Shown here: piece by piece, positions 17,320-25,395 of the stretch
How positions within the stretch are numbered: the stretch's first letter is position 1
How the letters are laid out: the number at the start of each line of letters is the position of its first letter
IMG/VR virus record: IMGVR_UViG_3300047157_000031
Strand: one strand, 5' to 3'
From: an uncultured virus (IMG/VR IMGVR_UViG_3300047157_000031)
Lineage: Duplodnaviria > Heunggongvirae > Uroviricota > Caudoviricetes
DNA: 29,376 nt
Position numbers and translations under genes: made by a program
The notes under the pieces: generated by a model
Told to the model about the DNA's origin: nothing
Database searches by the model: none
Seen by the model: only the letters and a program-made list of their open reading frames with translations

Positions 17320-17373
17320 AATAAACCTCCGTAGGTTTGTTTTAACTCCGCACAATTGCGTTGTTTGTTGAGC

Positions 17374-17408
17374 ATTCTAGCGACTGAAGTTTTCGGTGTC
17401 AAGCGTAA
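17374..17408 (-). promoter_or_regulatory. Early sigma70 promoter
   Basis: TTACGC-TTGACA-N17-TAGAAT, then GCTCAACAA as at the 16696 promoter. Confidence 0.8.
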
Positions 17409-17455
17409 TCGCACGCGTGATTATAATTATAATAGAATTTGCTTGCTATCAATCC

Positions 17456-17484
17456 TTGCAATCCTTAAAAATAATTGTTATAAT
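17456..17484 (+). promoter_or_regulatory. Rightward sigma70-like promoter
   Basis: TTGCAA-N17-TATAAT; CCTTGCAATCCTTAA occurs at 17454 and again at 17486. Confidence 0.55.
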
Positions 17485-17764
17485 GCCTTGCAATCCTTAA
17501 TATTAAAGTAAAATAATGTTTATAATAGAGGTGTGTTAGTGTAGTAACACAGTAGGTTGGTGTATTAGAGCAGTAAAACACTAAAACAACAGAAGAAAAA
17601 AAATAATTCTTGACAGGTTGAATTTTTTCTGAGTGAGAAAATTTTGATATCTTGACAGGTAGAAATTTTTGTACGGGGTGTGGTTGTGTTTTTGTTGTTC
17701 GTGGTCTAAAGTTGGGGCAAGCGTTGGAAATGGTTTCAGCGTAATAACTTAAAAAGGAAATAAA

Positions 17765-18106
17765 ATGGTTAATAAAACTAAAAAAACTTTTAAAGACTGG
17801 GTTGCTTCAAGTAAAGAAAACTTAGAAGCGTTATTAAAACAATCGAAAGAAGAGCAAAACAAAAAAATCTCTTACGGAGAAGTTAAATCTCTCGCCACTC
17901 ATTTGAGCAGTAGCGATATAAAAAATAAACCTAAAGAAGCGGTTTATAAAAGGGTGAATGCTTTTCTTTTAAATGAAGTAAACAATGGAAAAGGATTTTC
18001 TAAATTGCAAGTGCTCAAGATTAAATCTTCGGAGACATTTCCTAAAGCTTTTGAAAAGAAATTTTTAGATAGTTTTAAAAGGTGGGAAAGTGAGAATTTG
18101 GGGTAG
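17765..18106 (+). CDS. Lys-rich hypothetical protein
   Basis: 113 aa; AAGGA RBS. Confidence 0.75.
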   Translation: MVNKTKKTFKDWVASSKENLEALLKQSKEEQNKKISYGEVKSLATHLSSSDIKNKPKEAVYKRVNAFLLNEVNNGKGFSKLQVLKIKSSETFPKAFEKKFLDSFKRWESENLG

Positions 18107-18110
18107 GCTT

Positions 18111-18365
18111 ATGGGAGCAGTTAAACAGTTAGCAAGTGAGTCTTATTACCTCGCTCAATATGATAGTCATCAACGTGCTTTTTTTTGGAAGAAATATAAT
18201 CAAATGAAAGCGGAGCGTTACTATAATGGAGAGCAAAACCCTTATGAATGTTTTCAAGATTATATTGACACGAACCGCTCATTTTTAATCTCTAAATATT
18301 GGGAAGATTATTTCAAAAATTTAAAAGAAGTTTTTAAAAATTTAAGGGAGGTTATGAACCACTAA
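18111..18365 (+). CDS. Hypothetical protein
   Basis: ATG at 18111, just after the previous stop with a G-rich RBS, preferred over the GTG at 18090. Confidence 0.7.
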   Translation: MGAVKQLASESYYLAQYDSHQRAFFWKKYNQMKAERYYNGEQNPYECFQDYIDTNRSFLISKYWEDYFKNLKEVFKNLREVMNH

Positions 18366-18416
18366 CAGAGAACAAAAAAAAGAGATTCAAGAACCCCAAC
18401 TTGAATTAAATTTTTT

Positions 18417-18469
18417 AAGGGAGGCAATGAGCCTCCTTTTTTTTATTTTAAAATTAATTTGTAACATTT
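18417..18469 (+). repeat. 53-bp direct repeat copy 1 (terminator + TGTAAC element)
   Basis: AAGGGAGGC-AATGA-GCCTCC-T8-ATTTTAAAATTAATTTGTAACATTT, identical to 18752-18804. Confidence 0.95.
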
Positions 18470-18485
18470 TTAATTTTGATACGTT
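18460..18485 (+). promoter_or_regulatory. ECF-sigma-like promoter
   Basis: TGTAAC-N16-CGTT, then 9 nt and the ATG at 18495. Confidence 0.6.
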
Positions 18486-18494
18486 ATAGAAAAT

Positions 18495-18734
18495 ATGAAT
18501 ACAAAAAATAACAGTCGAGAGACTTTAAACCCCGAGAACCCGAGTTTAACTTTTGATGAGCTTCAAGAACTTCAAAACTTATTCGGTGATATTAGAATGG
18601 CTAGAGATGATTTAGCTTCTAAAGGTTATGATATTGGAGGCTTTCAATTGAATAGCGTTACTGATGCCGAACGAATGCTTTTACCTTCAGAGGAAGACTG
18701 CATTGATTGGGAAGAGATAACACAAGATAATTAA
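18495..18734 (+). CDS. Acidic hypothetical protein (no SD, probably near-leaderless)
   Basis: 79 aa ORF between the repeat copies. Confidence 0.75.
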   Translation: MNTKNNSRETLNPENPSLTFDELQELQNLFGDIRMARDDLASKGYDIGGFQLNSVTDAERMLLPSEEDCIDWEEITQDN

Positions 18735-18751
18735 AGGGAGGAAAGAAAAGA

Positions 18752-18804
18752 AAGGGAGGCAATGAGCCTCCTTTTTTTTATTTTAAAATTAATTTGTAAC
18801 ATTT
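18752..18804 (+). repeat. 53-bp direct repeat copy 2 (terminator + TGTAAC element)
   Basis: Identical to 18417-18469. Confidence 0.95.
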
Positions 18805-18820
18805 CTAAAACCTGTTCGTT
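18795..18820 (+). promoter_or_regulatory. ECF-sigma-like promoter
   Basis: TGTAAC-N16-CGTT, then 9 nt and the ATG at 18830. Confidence 0.6.
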
Positions 18821-18829
18821 GTATAGGGT

Positions 18830-19042
18830 ATGAATGAAAAAATAGAAACTCTTAACGAGTATAAAATAAACGATAGCACTAACACACAGGTTAAAATCTA
18901 TCATGAACTAATAGAGAGCATTATCAAGGTAGCAGAGCATTCAAGTGCTGAGAATACTCAAGATGCGATTAATCTAGCGTGGGAACTCTTCAAAAGTGAC
19001 GATAGGCTTACTTTAGTCTTTGAAGATGATTACTTAAACTAG
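18830..19042 (+). CDS. Acidic hypothetical protein (probably near-leaderless)
   Basis: 70 aa ORF followed by a terminator. Confidence 0.75.
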   Translation: MNEKIETLNEYKINDSTNTQVKIYHELIESIIKVAEHSSAENTQDAINLAWELFKSDDRLTLVFEDDYLN

Positions 19043-19062
19043 GAGGACAACCAAAAGGAAAG

Positions 19063-19088
19063 AAGGGGCTTAATTGCCTCTTTTTTTT
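19063..19088 (+). terminator. Intrinsic terminator
   Basis: AAGGGGC-TTAATT-GCCTCTT followed by a T run; a variant of the repeat terminator. Confidence 0.8.
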
Positions 19089-19309
19089 GTGTTGGTAACT
19101 AGGAATGAATTTAAGACGTTCTAAGCTCTGAAAACTACCCTACCCCTTACGATACCCTTAGAAGACTTTAAAAGTCTCTCTAAGTGCCTGTATTTGCGTT
19201 AGAAGTGTGCTTAACTCTGTGAAGTGTAACCCCTATAACGTACATTGATTATTTCCCTATATTCTAAGTAAACTTCATAAACTACTAAAATCTCTGTAGG
19301 TTTTGGTCT

Positions 19310-19460
19310 GTTTCTCTGTAAAGCTTCTAAAGTTTTTAAAGTTTTATAGAGTCTTTAAAGTCTGTATGATTTTTAACCAGTTGATTTATTTATTTTAGAG
19401 ATTTTAAGAGTCTTAAAAGTACTGTATAAATTTATAGTATTTACAAAGTCTTTAAAGTGT
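19310..19460. repeat. Degenerate short-repeat tract (AAAGTYTTT-like units) in an ORF-free region
   Basis: aagcttcta aagttttta aagttttat agagtcttt aaagtctgt ... agagtctta aaagtactg ... aaagtcttt aaagtg. Confidence 0.55.
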
Positions 19461-19632
19461 GATAGGGAGGCAGGACACCCGTACCCACTACCCCCTATAT
19501 ATGCACAATCTCATACATTTCTAAGGATTTCAAGTGTTAAGTAGGGGTTTGGTCGGGGGTCTGTGGAACTTCTAAGTCTAAGAAGTCTTGTGAGGATATT
19601 GGGGATACTATGACCGGGCATAGCTAACTATT

Positions 19633-19661
19633 ATTATACAGTTAAAACCTGTTTCTGTCAA
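19633..19661 (-). promoter_or_regulatory. Perfect leftward sigma70 promoter facing non-coding DNA
   Basis: TTGACA-N17-TATAAT on the minus strand. Confidence 0.8.
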
Positions 19662-19689
19662 GCAATATTTAATTTATTTACATATAAAC

Positions 19690-19718
19690 TTGACAGAATC
19701 TAAATTCACCTCTATAAT
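19690..19718 (+). promoter_or_regulatory. Perfect rightward sigma70 promoter of the packaging/structural arm
   Basis: TTGACA-N17-TATAAT, 9 nt before the ATG at 19728. Confidence 0.85.
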
Positions 19719-19727
19719 AGATAACAT

Positions 19728-20144
19728 ATGAACTTGCCCAGTAATTCAAAAAGGAATCTTACAGATAAACAACAAGATTTCTTGAATAACTTAATCGAAA
19801 CAAAAGGAAATTTAAAGCTTTCAGCCGAACTTGCAGGCTATGCAGGAAATCACTACCAAGTAATAAATAGTCTTAGACAAGAAATAGTGGATTTAGCCTC
19901 AACAGTCCTCGCAAGGGAAGCACCTAAAGCAGCCTTTAAACTCGTAGAAGTTATGGAGAGCGATACAGCTATACCTCAAGCTAACACAAAGCTTCAGGCA
20001 GCTCAGACAATCCTTGATAGGGTTGGGGTGTCCAAGACAGAACGATTAGATATTAATCAGAATGTTAATGGAGGCATATTCATATTGCCTGAAAAGCAAT
20101 TAATAGATATTAAAGAAGAAGACTATGAAGATATTTCTGACTGA
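19728..20144 (+). CDS. terS: Putative terminase small subunit
   Basis: LTDKQQDFL...SAELAGY HTH, AAQTILDRVG, IFILPEK; first gene of the packaging arm. Confidence 0.7.
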   Translation: MNLPSNSKRNLTDKQQDFLNNLIETKGNLKLSAELAGYAGNHYQVINSLRQEIVDLASTVLAREAPKAAFKLVEVMESDTAIPQANTKLQAAQTILDRVGVSKTERLDINQNVNGGIFILPEKQLIDIKEEDYEDISD

Positions 20145-20337
20145 ATACCAATTAGATAATAAAATCTATGCAGGTGTAAACATTTTTGCTTTAGATGAAG
20201 TTGAAGCAGAGCTTATTGCAACAGAGAATGGTGTAACTATTGTAGGTGAAGTAACAGGAATAAAGTTTAAAGAAGAGTTTGATAATTACTTATCATTAGT
20301 AGAAGAAGTACATGTAGAAAAACGGATATTACATTAA
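20125..20337 (+). CDS. Hypothetical protein
   Basis: 70 aa ORF overlapping the TerS end. Confidence 0.7.
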   Translation: MKIFLTEYQLDNKIYAGVNIFALDEVEAELIATENGVTIVGEVTGIKFKEEFDNYLSLVEEVHVEKRILH

Positions 20338-20379
20338 TGGCAAAATCAAAACAACCTAAAGTAGAAAATAGAATAAGAA

Positions 20380-20562
20380 ATGGCAACGAAGAAAAAATCA
20401 ACAGTAAACAAAGCAGGGAACTACACAAAACCCACAATGAGAAAAAACCTCTTTAATAAAATTAAAGCAGGAACGAAAGGTGGTAAAGCAGGTCAATGGT
20501 CTGCACGTAAAGCTCAGATGCTTGCTAAAGAATACAAAGCTAAAGGTGGAGGCTATAAATAG
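20380..20562 (+). CDS. Very basic small protein (DUF5872-like)
   Basis: NYTKP...GGKAGQWSARKAQMLAKEYKAKGGGY. Confidence 0.75.
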   Translation: MATKKKSTVNKAGNYTKPTMRKNLFNKIKAGTKGGKAGQWSARKAQMLAKEYKAKGGGYK

Positions 20563-20564
20563 TT

Positions 20565-20807
20565 ATGGCACTTAAGAAGTCTCAGAAGTCTTTAAAGCGT
20601 TGGACAAAACAAAAGTGGAGAACTGCTAGTGGTAAAAAGTCCTCTGAAACAGGAGAGGTCTATGCACCTGCAAAGACTATTAAGAAACTTAAGTCGACTC
20701 CTAAAGGTCGTAGTAAGTTAGCAGCAGCCAATAAAAAGAAAAGAGAAGCAACTGCAAAAGGTAAACAACATGCCAAGCATGGACTACATAAAGGAAAGAA
20801 AAGATAA
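20565..20807 (+). CDS. Very basic small protein (DUF5872-like)
   Basis: QKSLKRWTKQKWRT.SGK.S..TGE.Y.P. Confidence 0.7.
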   Translation: MALKKSQKSLKRWTKQKWRTASGKKSSETGEVYAPAKTIKKLKSTPKGRSKLAAANKKKREATAKGKQHAKHGLHKGKKR

Positions 20808-21088
20808 TGGCTAAAGATACTAAACTAGTTAAAGCAGGAGTAAGTGGATATAATAAACCAAAACGTACTCCTAATCATCCAACTAAATCTCATGTGGTTG
20901 TTGCCAAGAAAGGTGATAAAACTAAAACAATTCGTTTTGGGCAGCAAGGAGTAAAAGGAGCAGGAAAGAATCCTAAGACTGCTAAAGATAAAGCACGTAA
21001 AAAAAGTTATTATGCTAGACACAACGCACAAGATTCAAGTCCTGATAAGTTTAGTGCTAGGTATTGGTCACATAAGGTTAAGTGGTAA
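20807..21088 (+). CDS. Very basic small protein (DUF5754-like)
   Basis: IRFGQQG...RKKSYYARH...SARYWS..W. Confidence 0.7.
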   Translation: MAKDTKLVKAGVSGYNKPKRTPNHPTKSHVVVAKKGDKTKTIRFGQQGVKGAGKNPKTAKDKARKKSYYARHNAQDSSPDKFSARYWSHKVKW

Positions 21089-21235
21089 ATGAGTAAACAG
21101 CTAGGAACAGACCGACAACCAGTAAAGTTTAAAGCCCTTGAAAAACAAAAAGGACGTTTATCTATGCGTGGTAAAGGTATTCGTGACCAAAAACAATTTG
21201 AAAAAAATTGGGATAAGATTTTTAATAAAAAGTAA
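21089..21235 (+). CDS. Small basic protein (48 aa, not in ORF track)
   Basis: Hand translation MSKQLGTDRQPVKFKALEKQKGRLSMRGKGIRDQKQFEKNWDKIFNKK; fills the gap exactly, TAATG coupling to iscU. Confidence 0.75.
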   Translation: MSKQLGTDRQPVKFKALEKQKGRLSMRGKGIRDQKQFEKNWDKIFNKK

Positions 21236-21660
21236 TGGCTTATTCTCAACAAGTCATTGATAGGTTCAATAGTGTTTTAGCTGAACCTGAAAAACATTCA
21301 GTAGGTCGATTCGACCCTCAAGACCCAAACGTAGCAACAGGAATGACAGGAGCACCTGCCTGTGGTGATGTTATGCGTTTACAGTTAAAACTCAATGGGG
21401 ACTTAATAGAAGACGTAAAGTTTAAAACCTATGGTTGTGGTTCTGCTATAGCATCCTCTACTATGTTTGTAGAAATGTTAAAGGGTAAAACAATTAAAGA
21501 AGCTAAGCAAATAAAAGATAAAGATATTGCAGAGGCTTTAAAGTTACCTCCAATTAAGCTACATTGTTCTGTTCTTGCAGAAGAAAGCATACACAAAGCT
21601 ATAGAAGACTGGGAAACTAAAGTCGCACATAGACAACAGGACCTCAAACAGATTTCTTAG
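21235..21660 (+). CDS. iscU: Fe-S cluster scaffold IscU (auxiliary metabolic gene); last ~7 codons uncertain
   Basis: GAPACGDVM, FKTYGCGSAIAS, LPPIKLHCSVLAE: three Cys plus the LPPVK-type chaperone motif. Confidence 0.95.
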   Translation: MAYSQQVIDRFNSVLAEPEKHSVGRFDPQDPNVATGMTGAPACGDVMRLQLKLNGDLIEDVKFKTYGCGSAIASSTMFVEMLKGKTIKEAKQIKDKDIAEALKLPPIKLHCSVLAEESIHKAIEDWETKVAHRQQDLKQIS

Positions 21661-22955
21661 CTGCTGGCAGAAAAAGATGTATTATACGGTGGAGCAGCAG
21701 GTGGTGGTAAAAGTTTTGCAATGTTAATAGACCCATTGCGTTACTTGTCACATAACAGAACACAGAGCTTTAATACTTAGAAGGTCTATGCCAGAACTAA
21801 GAGAACTTATAGATAAGTCTCGTGAACTTTATCCACAAGCATTTAAAGGTGCTAAGTTTAGAGAAGTAGAAAAGCTTTGGAACTTTCCAAGTGGAGCAAA
21901 ATAGAGTTTGGTTTCTTAGAAAGAGATGCAGATGTATATCGTTATCAAGGACAAGCGTACAGTTGGATAGGTTTTGATGAGATAACTCATTTACCTACAG
22001 AGTTTGGTTGGAACTACTTAGCATCTCGTTTAAGAACAACAGACCCAGAAATACAAACTTATTTACGATGTACAGCTAACCCCGGTGGTGTTGGTGCACA
22101 TTGGGTAAAGAAAAGATATGTAGAACCTTCAGAGCCTAATAAAACTTTTAAAGGTAAAGATGGACTTAACAAGAAAGTTTATTCCAGCAAGTTACAGGAT
22201 AATCCATATCTTGCTGAAGATGGTGAATACGAAAGGATGTTACAATCCTTACCAGCCTATACAACGTAAGACAACTACTAGAAGGTAACTGGGATGTAGC
22301 AGAAGGTGCAGCATTTGCAGAATTTACTCCTGAAGATGTACATGTTATACCTCCTTTTGAATTACCTGTACTTGGTGGGAAAGAGTTAAAGCAATTGACT
22401 ATGGTTATGCTGCAGAAAGTTGTTGTTTATGGGGTGCTATAGATATAGATGATAAGACATTATTATATATAGAGAATTATACAGAAAAGGTCTTGACAGG
22501 AGAAGCATTAGGTGACTATAATAACAGATATGGAAGAGAAGAAATAAAATCTCAGTTCCTGGTGTATTAGATACTGCAGCATGGGCTAGGACAGGTTATA
22601 CAGGTCCTACTATAGGTGAAACACTTAGTTAATAAAGGACATAAACTAAGAAGAGCTGATAAGAATAGAATAGCAAGGTAAAACTCAAATACACGAGTAT
22701 TTAAAAGCAAAGAGAAAACAGGAAGACCTAAGTTACAGATATTTAATACTGTGTCCAAACTTAATAAGAGAATTACAAGGTATTCCGTTATCTAAAACTA
22801 ATCCAGAAGATGTAGATACACATGCTTCAGACCACGCATATGATGCATTAAGATATATGATAATGAGTAGACCAAGAATGGACCATCCTCATTAGAAAGA
22901 ATGTTAAGGATTAAAAGAGATATGTATAACCTGCTGATTCACATTTGGATATTAA
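21639..22955 (+). CDS. terL: Terminase large subunit (start missing, multiple frameshifts as assembled)
   Basis: GPQTDFL, LYGGAAGGGKS (Walker A), IGFDE (Walker B), TANPGG, IDYGY, DHAYDALRY, C-terminal FGY-stop, spread over several frames. Confidence 0.9.
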
Positions 22956-22957
22956 TA

Positions 22958-25162
22958 ATGGCAGAAGAAAATACATTTTTAAATGCTGATAGCATCTACG
23001 AAGAAGTAGAAGGTGAAGTCTGGTAAAACATTACTCTTAGAAGAAGACCAACAAAGAAATCTTATTGGTATTATTAAAGATAGATATGCTCAAGCTGAAG
23101 ATGCTAGACAAACTGATGAAACTCGTTGGTTAAAAGCATATGAAAACTATAGAGGTTTTATGCTAAAGGTGTTAAGTTTAGAGATCTGAAAAGTCTAGAG
23201 TATTTGTAAAGATTACTAAGACTAAAGTACTAGCTGCTTTTGGACAGCTTAGTTGATGTTATATTTGGTACAGGTAAGTTTCCTATAGGTATTGCAGAAA
23301 CTAAAATACCAGAAGGTGAAACAGACTATGCTCATCTTGATACACTAATCCTACTCCTAATAGAAACATCAGAAGCTGAAAACCAGATGATATAGGTAAT
23401 AGAGAAGATGCATAATAAATCCTTATGATGTTGGTTATGAAGGAGATGGTAGAACTTTAAAACCCGGTGCAACTTTTTATAACGGAATATTTGAAGATAG
23501 TTTAGAAGACCAAGCTAGAAGATGCTGGTATGCTAACAGATGGAGCAAGTCCTGACCCACAAGCTATAGAATTAAATCCTGCACAAAGAGCTGCAAGAAG
23601 AATGGAAAAACTTATCCATGACCAAATAGAAGAATCTAATGGTTCTTCAGAAATAAGAAATGCTCTTTTAGAATCTGCTTTACTAGGTACAGGGATTGTA
23701 AAAGGACCATTTAATTTTAATAAAAAATTACATAAATGGGATACAGATGAAGAAGGAAAAGAAATTATAATCCATTAGAAGTTAGAGTACCAAGAATAGA
23801 GTTTGTTAGTTGTTGGGATTTTTATCCTGACCCTAACGCTACTAACATGGAAGAATGTGAATATGTATATTCATAGACACAAAATGAATCGTAGTCAACT
23901 TAAGACAACTACGAAATATGCCTTACTTTGACGAAGATGCAATACGTATTGTATTCAAATGGGTGCTAACTACGTAGAAAAAGATTTTGAAAGTCAATTA
24001 AAAGATGATGATAGAAGTGATGAAGAGTTATACAAGTAACTTTGAAGTTCTTAGAATACTGGGGTATTATGGATGCAGAGTATGCTAGAGAAGTAGGTAT
24101 TGAACTTACCGAAGAAATAGATGATTTAGATGAAGTACAAATTAATGCATGGGTATGTGGTATAAACTTATTAAGAGCAGTATTAATCCATTTACTCCTT
24201 ATAGAATACCATACAATGCTTTTCCATATGAAAGAAATCCATATAATTTTTTGGTATTGGTGTAGCAGAAAATATGGATGATGCTCAACAATTATGAATG
24301 GTCATGCAAGAATGGCTATTGATAACTTAGCAATAGCTGGTAATTTAGTATTTGATGTTGATGAGTCTGCTTTAGTTGGTGGACAATCAATGGAAGTATA
24401 TCCGGGTAAAATATTTAGAAGACAAGCTGGAATGCCGGGACAAGCTATACATGGATTAAAGTTTCCTAATACTGCACAAGAAAATATTAATGATGTTTGA
24501 TAAGTTTAGACAACTTGCAGATGAACAAACAGGAATACCTAGTTACTCACATGGACAAACAGGTGTTCAAAGTATGACAAGAACTGCTTCTGGTATGTCA
24601 ATGTTACTTAGGAGCATCAAGTTTAAATATTAAAACAGTTATAAAAATCTTGATGACTTTTTATTAAACCTTTAGGAGAAGCTTACTTCCAATGGAACAT
24701 GCAATTCTATGAAGGTGACTTGGATGTTAAAGGTGATTTAGAAGTTAAAGCTACAGGAACAAATAGCTTGATGCAAAAAGAAGTTAGAAGTCAAAGACTT
24801 ACTATGTTCTTACAAACTGCACAAATCCTGCTATTGCTCCATTTGTTAAAGATTTCTAAACTCGTTAAGTGAACTTGCCTATAGCTTAGATTTAGACCCT
24901 GATGAAATACTCAATGACCCTGAAGAAGCAGCTATCATGGCACAAATAATAGGAATGCAAAATGCTGGACAAACAAATGGCGAAGAAGCTCAACCCAATG
25001 GTCAACAGCCCACAATGGGAGGACGTTCAAGGAGTACCTCAACAACCTCAAGAACTTGGACCTACAGGCACTGGTGGTGGCAACATCGGAACAGGAAATG
25101 TACCGGCTGCAGGGGAAAGTGAGTTCTCTGGTACGCCTAGAGCAGTTGCCGGAGCAGGTTAA
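22958..25162 (+). CDS. Portal protein (multiple frameshifts as assembled)
   Basis: Follows TerL; fragments RWLKAYENYRG, KTKVLAAFGQL, GTGIVKGPF, LEYWG, NGHARMAIDN, RTASGMSML, QKEVRSQRL. Confidence 0.8.
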
Positions 25163-25193
25163 AGAAGCAATTAACAGAAAAAAGGAGATATAA
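24962..25193 (+). CDS. Small helical protein overprinted on the portal C-terminus (one extra base near 25023)
   Basis: Removing A25023 gives MLDKQMAKKLNPMVNSPQWEAFKEYLNNLKNLDLQALVVATSEQEMYRLQGKVSSLVRLEQLPEQVKEAINRKKEI, with the stop abutting the next ATG. Confidence 0.7.
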
Positions 25194-25395
25194 ATGTTAG
25201 ATTATTAGATACAATTTTAAAAATAGTAGGAGTAGTACCTTGGATAATTTCAATCTGTTCAATGATTGCTGCATTAACACCTACACCACACGATGATAAT
25301 TTAGTAAGTAAAGCTTATAAAGTTATTGATTGGTTTGCTATTAACATAGGTAAAGCAAAAGCTTCTATTGATAATAAAAAAGGATAAAAAAATGA
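25194..25395 (+). CDS. Small membrane protein, holin-like (frameshift near start)
   Basis: AAGGAG RBS; LDTILKIVGVVPWIISICSMIAALTPTPHDD...YKVIDWFAINIGKAK. Confidence 0.55.

Noticed and set aside
18417..18804. CRISPR array or integron attC sites
   Set aside because: Only two copies, 335 bp apart, separated by a full ORF; the repeat is explained by terminator plus promoter; no cas operon or integron integrase is present.
15302..19727. tRNA or tmRNA genes in the intergenic gaps
   Set aside because: No cloverleaf with a T-loop (GTTCRA) consensus was recognised by eye; tRNAscan-SE or ARAGORN would be decisive.
20337..20456. Short ORF MAKSKQPKVENRIRNGNEEK... overlapping the 20380 gene
   Set aside because: Mostly an out-of-frame overlap with a better-supported gene; may be a remnant of a deleted or collapsed gene.
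21630..21660. Genuine IscU-terminase fusion or translational coupling by frameshift
   Set aside because: The junction coincides with the start of the error-rich region and TerL lacks its N-terminus; a collapsed deletion is more likely.
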